From an uncultured virus (IMG/VR IMGVR_UViG_3300042328_001905) (lineage: Duplodnaviria > Heunggongvirae > Uroviricota > Caudoviricetes), in IMG/VR virus record IMGVR_UViG_3300042328_001905: a stretch of 20,000 nt of DNA; one strand, given 5' to 3'. Both the position numbers and the translations under genes were made by a program. Under the pieces are notes generated by a model. The model had not been told where the DNA came from. It saw nothing but the letters and a program-made list of their open reading frames with translations, and ran no database searches. Position 1 is the stretch's first letter. Every line of letters begins with the position of its first letter. Below, piece by piece: positions 1-5,744 of this stretch.

Positions 1-95
1 TAACTAACTATAGCATCAACATATTCAAGTTTATGTACATTCACTTTAGTAAAAATTATATTAGAGAATTCATGCATTTTATCAAAATTTTCCAT
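1..95 (-). CDS. T4 gp33-like late transcription co-activator, 5' part only (runs off the window)
   Basis: Not in the ORF track. ATG at 95-93 overlaps the hydrolase stop (TAATG). It translates MENFDKMHEFSNIIFTKVNVHKLEYVDAIVS..., resembling the gp33 'F...I...V......Y.DAIV' pattern of T4-like phages. Confidence 0.6.
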   Translation of the reverse strand, partial: MENFDKMHEFSNIIFTKVNVHKLEYVDAIVS

Positions 96-589
96 TAAGC
101 ACTCTTTTTTGAATAAAAATTAGATTGACCTAGCTTTGCAGCTAATTTATATTCTCTACTCCATTTATATCTAGAATGAATACTTTTAAAAAATAATACA
201 TCTGGACCAAAATTAGGTAAAGAAACACGTTTATTTAAAATATCATCAGATAAATCTAAACTCTTTTCCCAGGAATCGCTGCCATATTTTATTTTAGTTT
301 TGCGCGAGCAAACCCAAGAAAATTGACACAATTTTTTACCGTCATCATAATTTATTTGATTGACGACACCACAAATTGTTTTTGGAAATTTTTTATGATT
401 AGTTCGATTTAAGACTACTTTGGCCACACCCTTTTTACCAGCAATTGGTTCACCTTTTGCTTCATGATAAATGACTTTAGCCAAGCATATTTTTTCTGAT
501 TCTGTATTTACTTGTTTTGCGAAACTCGCTGTAGGTATTATTAAAATTATAATAGCAAGAATGATCGCCTTTTTCGTAATTGAATACAT
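95..589 (-). CDS. SleB/Hydrolase_2-family cell-wall hydrolase with N-terminal signal/anchor
   Basis: Motifs CLAKVIYHEAKGE, VVLNR, FPKTICGVV and CQFSW; hydrophobic N-terminus. Probable start MYSITKK at 589 behind AAGGAG (the track start is 616). Confidence 0.88.
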   Translation of the reverse strand: MYSITKKAIILAIIILIIPTASFAKQVNTESEKICLAKVIYHEAKGEPIAGKKGVAKVVLNRTNHKKFPKTICGVVNQINYDDGKKLCQFSWVCSRKTKIKYGSDSWEKSLDLSDDILNKRVSLPNFGPDVLFFKSIHSRYKWSREYKLAAKLGQSNFYSKKSA

Positions 590-722
590 CTTTGTTTCTC
601 CTTGAGAAATATTCAAATAAACTGTTGCAGAATATTTCTAATTATGATTAGGACTTTTTCTTTTCCTGAAAAGCTACTAATAGTTGGTTTAAATTAACTC
701 ACAAAAATCATGGTATAAAAAG

Positions 723-730
723 TATTTATA
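723..730 (-). promoter_or_regulatory. T4-type late promoter TATAAATA inside an 11-bp inverted repeat (709-735)
   Basis: The plus strand reads TATTTATA at 723-730; it lies upstream of the hydrolase and gp33. Confidence 0.6.
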
Positions 731-743
731 CCATGCAGTATAT

Positions 744-772
744 AGTCTAACCTAAAACTCTTAAAAAGTCAA
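744..772 (-). promoter_or_regulatory. sigma70-type early promoter
   Basis: TTGACT (772-767), 17-bp spacer, TAGACT (749-744). Confidence 0.65.
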
Positions 773-780
773 GCATTTTT

Positions 781-1419
781 TTAAAACTGTTTTCTACGAT
801 CTACCAAGTCTTTGATATATGGTCTAATTTGTTTAACAAAAACTTGCGATTTGTCGTTTTCGACCGCTATAATTGTTACAATTTGTTTAATCACAGTTCC
901 TGTCATTTCCATATAAGCTAGTGCATAAAATGTTTCTTGGAGAAAATAATCATGTATATTTTCTTCAGTTTTTAATCTTCTAGCATTTTTAAAATCTATT
1001 ACAGATAAAATACCATCAAATTCAGCAATACAATCAACACTACCAGCAATTTTTAATTTATCGCTGTATAGACAAGCTTCTTGAGCATGGATATTATTAA
1101 TTCTATGTAAAATAGGTTTTAGAGAATAAAACATCTCGAGGGCATCTGGCATTCGGCATGATAACTGTTTATTGTTGAGATAGTCTTCGCACATTTGATG
1201 TAAGTTAGTTCCGCGTTTAGCAGAATTGTTAGTGATCTTATCTGCAGCATCATAACCTATTCTGTCACGCCATTCTTTTAGATAAGATTTATCTGATGTA
1301 GAACCAAGTACAGTGGTAATAGATGGATAACACCGATGACCTATTTGATAATGGCGTCGTCCATCTATGTTTACACGTGGATAAGATGTTATTTCAACTG
1401 GTACATGACAAAAATTCAT
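781..1419 (-). CDS. PD-(D/E)XK (Cas4-like) exonuclease of T4-like phages
   Basis: YPSITTVL, RGTNLH, E..LYS, AGSVDCIAE, VIDFKN and Q..FYA motifs. Probable start MNFCH at 1419 with an AGGA SD. Confidence 0.85.
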   Translation of the reverse strand: MNFCHVPVEITSYPRVNIDGRRHYQIGHRCYPSITTVLGSTSDKSYLKEWRDRIGYDAADKITNNSAKRGTNLHQMCEDYLNNKQLSCRMPDALEMFYSLKPILHRINNIHAQEACLYSDKLKIAGSVDCIAEFDGILSVIDFKNARRLKTEENIHDYFLQETFYALAYMEMTGTVIKQIVTIIAVENDKSQVFVKQIRPYIKDLVDRRKQF

Positions 1420-1440
1420 TTTTATAATCCTAAACAATAT

Positions 1441-1448
1441 TATAAATA
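1441..1448 (+). promoter_or_regulatory. T4-type late promoter for the HNH gene
   Basis: Exact TATAAATA, followed by a hairpin (1452-1479), AGGAG (1503-1507) and ATG at 1514. Confidence 0.7.
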
Positions 1449-1527
1449 AAATAGATCGCGGTATCCCCATACCCATCTACTCTAAACATTTTTCACACAA
1501 TCAGGAGACTGTAATGTCCAGCACAGA

Positions 1528-1535
1528 TATTTATA
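1528..1535 (-). promoter_or_regulatory. Antisense T4-type late promoter inside HNH codons 5-8
   Basis: The plus strand reads TATTTATA, which is TATAAATA on the minus strand, pointing at the exonuclease. Confidence 0.55.
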
Positions 1536-1915
1536 TCGAAACCCTCAAACAAATTTCAATACATAATAAATATTTTTTGTGGTATATTAATATAATCAAT
1601 AATGCCATTGCGAGAAAAGAAAAAATAGTTTTTAATTACAAAGAAAAACATCATATATTACCTAAATCATTTAAACTGGGAGGAGAAACTGATAAATCGA
1701 ATATTGTTATCTTAACAGCAAGAGAACATTATATATGCCATTTATTATTAATTAAATTTTCTAAATCTTCGTATAAAACAAAAATGTATAGTGCATTATG
1801 GTGCATGGTTAATGGATCAAATATAAAAAGAAATCCACAAAGAAATTTTAAAATAAATTCTTATGTATATACCGATTTAAAATTAAATTTATCAAAAATT
1901 CGATCAGATAACATT

Positions 1916-1992
1916 AAAGGAGATAAAAACCCAAATAAATCGAAAGAAAGAAGGAAAATTTTATCGACTCTAATGAAAGGAGATAAAAACCC
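1916..1992 (+). repeat. 17-bp exact direct repeat AAAGGAGATAAAAACCC at a 60-bp period (KGDKNP)
   Basis: Copies at 1916-1932 and 1976-1992. Confidence 0.85.
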
Positions 1993-2340
1993 CATGAAAG
2001 GAAAACATCACACTGAATGCAGTAAACGAAAAATATCTATTGCAACATCTGGAGAAAATAATCCATTTTTTGGAAAAAATCATACACAAGAATCTTTAGA
2101 AAAAATGAGAAACGCAAAAAAACCTCCGCAAACCCAAGAACACAAAAATAAATGTAGATCAACTAGGTTAAAAACATTTTATTTTTTATCTCCATTTAAC
2201 GAAATCGTAGAAATAAAAGATTTAAAATTATATTGCAAAGAAAATAATTTACAATATAATTCTATGCTAAAAGTTAACAGAGGAGAACAAAATAATTATA
2301 AAGGGTGGATTAAAGCATCTCACCCGTAATATTAAAACTA

Positions 2341-3042
2341 TTATAACCCCAATTGTTCTTTTATTTGAAGATAATGTTTTACCATAGAAGACCTAACACA
2401 GTCATCCATAGTAAACTCTACTAAACCAAATTCGTCAAGCTTTTTCATGATGTTCAAGAAATCTTTCATACCACTTGTTTCTTTACGTTCATTTAAATCG
2501 CACTGTTTGATATCTCCTGCAAAGATTATTTTAGTACCTTCACCAATCCGAGTAAAAATTGTATTTAATTCATGAAAAGCCATATTTTCCATTTCATCAA
2601 CAAAGATTAAACAATTAGAATATGTTAAACCACGTAGGAATGATGTTGATTCAAATTCAATAATATCTTTTTGTTTTAAGATTTCATAAGCATCATCTCT
2701 ACCAAATAAATCATTTATTATAGATCTATAGGGAGCTTCATATACAGAAATTTTTTCTTTTTCTGATCCAGGTAAAAACCCTAAATCTCTAGAAGCAACT
2801 GCTGAGCGTAGGATAATAATTTTGTTAAAAGTACCTTCATCTAACATTTCTTTTAGACCAAGATATAAACTTAAAAAACTTTTACCTGAACCTGCACTAC
2901 CATATAAAACTAAATTTTTACCTTCATTATAGCAATCAAATACTTTCTCTTGATTATCTGTTTTTGGAGTTATTGTTCTTAACTCAAAATTTAAACAGGT
3001 AACTTTATTTGTTGATTTTTTTGATTTTTTAGGTCTTAACAT
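2341..3042 (-). CDS. phoH: PhoH-like ATPase
   Basis: Walker A GSAGSGKS, LGFLPGS, FLRGLT, VDEMEN, TRIGE and GDIKQCD motifs. Confidence 0.93.
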   Translation of the reverse strand: MLRPKKSKKSTNKVTCLNFELRTITPKTDNQEKVFDCYNEGKNLVLYGSAGSGKSFLSLYLGLKEMLDEGTFNKIIILRSAVASRDLGFLPGSEKEKISVYEAPYRSIINDLFGRDDAYEILKQKDIIEFESTSFLRGLTYSNCLIFVDEMENMAFHELNTIFTRIGEGTKIIFAGDIKQCDLNERKETSGMKDFLNIMKKLDEFGLVEFTMDDCVRSSMVKHYLQIKEQLGL

Positions 3043-3071
3043 AAATTCCCTTTATAGCTCTATTAAAAATG

Positions 3072-3106
3072 AAAAACCCGCATTACCAATTTTTTGGTTA
3101 GCGGGT
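3072..3106 (-). terminator. Intrinsic terminator-like hairpin upstream of phoH
   Basis: The minus strand reads ACCCGC-TA-ACCAA...TTGGT-AAT-GCGGGT followed by TTTT. Confidence 0.6.
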
Positions 3107-3134
3107 CTAGTGATTTTATTCTAAAGTGTACAAC

Positions 3135-3398
3135 TCAAAATTCTCTTGGTATTTGAAATTTTCTGTCACCAAGAGTATTTCCTGGAACAGAATCTTTAAT
3201 CCTTCCTATAATATGTTTTTGAAAATCAGCAGGAGGTTTCATTACCCCTAACCTTACTGGATCCCCGAAAATTGGAACCGAATCAAAATATCGTTCAATA
3301 TTAGAGTTTTCTTTTAAATATTCTTGATATTCAGCAATTTTCATTATTTTTTCGAAAATCTCACCAGTTTCTTTATTTCTTAGTGAATAAATTGGCAT
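3135..3398 (-). CDS. Conserved T4-like small protein of the kind found upstream of phoH (FmdB-like N-terminus, no Cys)
   Basis: MPIYSLRNKETGEIFE start and GDPVRLG motif. Confidence 0.65.
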   Translation of the reverse strand: MPIYSLRNKETGEIFEKIMKIAEYQEYLKENSNIERYFDSVPIFGDPVRLGVMKPPADFQKHIIGRIKDSVPGNTLGDRKFQIPREF

Positions 3399-3437
3399 AA
3401 ATGTATTTTTAAATTGTAATAGAATTATTTATCAATT

Positions 3438-3752
3438 TTATAAATTCGCAACATACTCTTTATAAGCTGTTGTTCGTTTATCAATATTCCCATTCGGTAA
3501 TCTAGGTAGATCTTCTGGATAATCGCTTGTATCTGGTTTAGAAGTTGCTGCAATATAGTGAGAAACTGTTGGCTGTACTTGCGGTTCAAATTTTTGTTTA
3601 AAACTTTCAAATGATTCAGCTAAAACTAAAAACGATTCTTTACTTAGATGAACAATTGTTTCATTATTATAGGAAGCAACAGCATATAAGATATTGTTTT
3701 CATTAATTAAAACTTCTGCTCCGTTGTGATTTTTCGATTTTACTGTTATCAT
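3438..3752 (-). CDS. Hypothetical protein with FlbD-like N-terminal pattern
   Basis: GAGG SD and its own promoter. Pattern MI.....NG....IN..NI........T.V.L......L.ES.E. Confidence 0.6.
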   Translation of the reverse strand: MITVKSKNHNGAEVLINENNILYAVASYNNETIVHLSKESFLVLAESFESFKQKFEPQVQPTVSHYIAATSKPDTSDYPEDLPRLPNGNIDKRTTAYKEYVANL

Positions 3753-3770
3753 AATACCTCGTAATATTTT

Positions 3771-3799
3771 ATTTTACTATATAGAATATAAATAGTCAA
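3771..3799 (-). promoter_or_regulatory. sigma70 promoter driving the left arm
   Basis: TTGACT (3799-3794), 17 bp, TAAAAT (3776-3771). Confidence 0.7.
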
Positions 3800-3842
3800 G
3801 TACAATTTAGTGCTTGACTAAAAATTGTTTTTAGTATATAGT
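3787..3842 (+). promoter_or_regulatory. Late promoter plus sigma70 promoter facing the non-coding structured region
   Basis: TATAAATA at 3787-3794; TTGACT (3814-3819), 17 bp, TATAGT (3837-3842). Confidence 0.7.
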
Positions 3843-3849
3843 AAAGAAA

Positions 3850-4150
3850 ATGTGTCTGTATAAAGGTTGATACGCCGACTGATATCGTATTGATAACCTA
3901 TTCACCATAAAAGTGTGTAGAATAGCTCTGTCTAAGAAAAAAAGAGGTAAAGACACCACCTCGTTACTTCTAGGAAACTAGATGAAATTATCAATCACTC
4001 CAAACAAGAGATGATCCAATTAGGCGCAGGATCTTTAAAATCGCTACAGGTGTGGAAAGCAGCAGAACCAATCTTGGGTTGATAATGATAAAATACCTGT
4101 CTTATTCTAAAAAAATGAATTTGGGCTCCGGATAGCCTTATTCAACCTTA
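3850..4150 (+). ncRNA. Candidate structured non-coding RNA, family unknown
   Basis: No track ORF, upstream promoters, multiple local stems and an 8-bp end-to-end pairing (3863-3870 with 4142-4149). Confidence 0.45.
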
Positions 4151-4171
4151 AAAAAGATAAATATAAAAATG

Positions 4172-4241
4172 CGCTTCCGAAGGAAGCGATGCGAGCGAAG
4201 CGAAGCATTAAATTAGTTCCCTTCGGGAACCCGCTTCGCGG
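4172..4241. repeat. Cluster of GC-rich hairpins with GAA triloops on both strands
   Basis: CGCTTCC-GAA-GGAAGCG, overlapping GCGAAGC x2, GTTCCC-TTC-GGGAAC and CCGC-TTC-GCGG. Confidence 0.85.
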
Positions 4242-4248
4242 AAATCTA

Positions 4249-4277
4249 TTGACGTAAATTGAATTTCATAATACAAT
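4249..4277 (+). promoter_or_regulatory. sigma70 promoter
   Basis: TTGACG (4249-4254), 17 bp, TACAAT (4272-4277). Confidence 0.7.
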
Positions 4278-4302
4278 AAATAAAATTAAAAGGATGTTAA
4301 TT

Positions 4303-4461
4303 ATGGATAGACAAAAAATTATTGTTGCCTTAGAAACTTTAAGGGATTATAATAGATGGAGAAGAGGGCAGCTAAAAGTGATGCCCAACGCAACATTAAT
4401 AGGAGAATCAATTGAATTAGTGATTGATTTAATATCAACAGAAATCTTAAATAAAAAATAA
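4303..4461 (+). CDS. Small phage hypothetical protein (52 aa)
   Basis: Not in the track. AAGGA SD; translates MDRQKIIVALETLRDYNRWRRGQLKVMPNATLIGESIELVIDLISTEILNKK; abuts the next ATG. Confidence 0.7.
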   Translation: MDRQKIIVALETLRDYNRWRRGQLKVMPNATLIGESIELVIDLISTEILNKK

Positions 4462-4462
4462 T

Positions 4463-4885
4463 ATGATCAAGAACGTTTATGAAATTTTAAAAGAATTTGA
4501 AGGTGCTAAAACCGATCAACAACGAAAACAAATTCTTGAACAAAATAATATCTATTACTTTAAACAAGTATTACAATATACATTTAATCCAAATTATCAA
4601 TTCTACATTAAAGAATTTCCAACAGAATATATCAAACCCGATACTTTTCCTGGAATTCGATTAGCTGGTCTTGAGTCAGAACTTCGTAGAGTTTATCTTT
4701 TCTTAAAAGGTGATCCAACAGCGGATACATTAACAGAACAAAAACGTAATGTTCTTCTATTACAACTTTTAGAATCATTTGAACCTGAAGAAGCAGTTGT
4801 TTTCGTCAACATGATGAAAAAAGACCTTCAAATCCCAGGATTAACAGAATCTTTAGTCAAAGAAGTTTTTCCAGAATTATTTTAA
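4463..4885 (+). CDS. Conserved T4-like phage hypothetical protein
   Basis: N-terminal VYEIL, central 'L..E.RR.Y.F' and 'LQLLES..PEEA......KKDL' pattern typical of T4-like genomes. Confidence 0.7.
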   Translation: MIKNVYEILKEFEGAKTDQQRKQILEQNNIYYFKQVLQYTFNPNYQFYIKEFPTEYIKPDTFPGIRLAGLESELRRVYLFLKGDPTADTLTEQKRNVLLLQLLESFEPEEAVVFVNMMKKDLQIPGLTESLVKEVFPELF

Positions 4886-4901
4886 CACTTTTAAATTTTA
4901 T

Positions 4902-5069
4902 ATGAAACAAAATATTAATATTTTTGATGATTTCGGTGAGTTTCAAACAAAAAAACGAAAATCAACTAAAAATTTGAAAACCAAACGAGTCTCATTTTCT
5001 GAATTGGATTATGACGATAATTTTTCTTCAAACAAAAAATACAAAAATGTCGATTATAAAAAATACTAG
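4902..5069 (+). CDS. Small hypothetical protein (55 aa)
   Basis: Not in the track. MKQNINIFDDFGEFQTKKRK...YKKY fills the gap between ORFs. Confidence 0.5.
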   Translation: MKQNINIFDDFGEFQTKKRKSTKNLKTKRVSFSELDYDDNFSSNKKYKNVDYKKY

Positions 5070-5199
5070 AGATATATACAACAATATTTCTAAACCTGAA
5101 CCTGCAAAAAGCCCAGTAATTCCAGCTAATCAAGAATTGTTGGATAAAGTTGTTAGCGATTTAAATAAAAAACCTCAAATTGCTCCAAAAATAAAATAA
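5047..5199 (+). CDS. Small hypothetical protein
   Basis: Track ORF 5011-5199; the internal start MSIIKN reduces the overlap with the upstream ORF. Confidence 0.5.
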   Translation: MSIIKNTRDIYNNISKPEPAKSPVIPANQELLDKVVSDLNKKPQIAPKIK

Positions 5200-5208
5200 G
5201 AGATTAAT

Positions 5209-5421
5209 ATGATACCAGAAGATTCTACTTTACGCAGACATTACCTGACTGAATTGAAATATAAACAGGAATCTCAATTTGAGGATTTTATTTCTGTTGC
5301 TACAGGTAAAGGATCACAAGTTAACCCAATACCACAATTTCCTGCAGCCCAGGAATCAATTCCTTATTCTTCTTATCTAGCAGCATTTGCTTTTGTTTTG
5401 TTGCTGTTGGTTTTATTTTAG
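5209..5421 (+). CDS. Small protein with IPEDSTLRRHY motif and C-terminal transmembrane anchor
   Basis: GAGA SD; hydrophobic tail YLAAFAFVLLLLVLF. Confidence 0.65.
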   Translation: MIPEDSTLRRHYLTELKYKQESQFEDFISVATGKGSQVNPIPQFPAAQESIPYSSYLAAFAFVLLLLVLF

Positions 5422-5424
5422 TGC

Positions 5425-5453
5425 TTGACTTTTTGATGACTTTAGGTTAAGAT
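5425..5453 (+). promoter_or_regulatory. sigma70 early promoter upstream of the topoisomerase cluster
   Basis: TTGACT, 17 bp, TAAGAT. Confidence 0.7.
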
Positions 5454-5485
5454 AAAGTTTCCAATTAACCTGTAAGGATTTTATT

Positions 5486-5743
5486 ATGAGTATTTACACT
5501 AAAGAAGATATTAAACAATTATTGCAAAATAATGTTGGTACTGTAACTTTCACTAAAACTGATGGTACAGAACGAGTTATGAAATGCACTTTACAATCTC
5601 ATGTGTTACCTATTACTGAAATTGTTGAGGGTAAAGTAATTAAAACCGAAAATCCTAATGTGTTATCTGTTTGGGATTTAGATAATAATGGTTGGCGTTC
5701 TTTCAAAATTGATTCTGTACTTTCATTAAATATTAATATTTAA
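5486..5743 (+). CDS. WYL_2/DUF2693-like SH3-fold phage protein
   Basis: VTFTKTDGTERVMKCTL and VWDLDNNGWRSFKID motifs. Confidence 0.8.
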   Translation: MSIYTKEDIKQLLQNNVGTVTFTKTDGTERVMKCTLQSHVLPITEIVEGKVIKTENPNVLSVWDLDNNGWRSFKIDSVLSLNINI

Positions 5744-5744
5744 A

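Larger units (their letters stand above)
1514..2329 (+). mobile_element. Free-standing HNH homing endonuclease with NUMOD3 DNA-binding repeats
   Basis: EKHHILPKS..GG.....N...LTAREHYICHLLL HNH core; KGDKNP/GENNPFFGKNHTQES NUMOD3 repeats; antisense to its neighbours phoH and the exonuclease. Confidence 0.85.

Noticed and set aside
781..1419. Cas4 / CRISPR system
   Set aside because: No repeat-spacer array or other cas genes; this is the usual stand-alone T4-like exonuclease.
3460..3515. LPRLPNGNIDKR resembles the A10 motif of adenylation domains
   Set aside because: The catalytic Lys position is Asn and the rest of the domain is absent.
3425..3610. 61-aa minus-strand ORF
   Set aside because: Alternative frame overlapping the better-supported 3438-3752 gene.
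4216..4241. UUCG-type intrinsic terminators
   Set aside because: Perfect pairing is in the 3-nt-loop register and no U-tract follows on the plus strand.
3850..4245. Group I/II intron, tmRNA, RNase P, tRNA or retron msr-msd
   Set aside because: No diagnostic core sequences recognised, no interrupted gene and no reverse transcriptase in the window.
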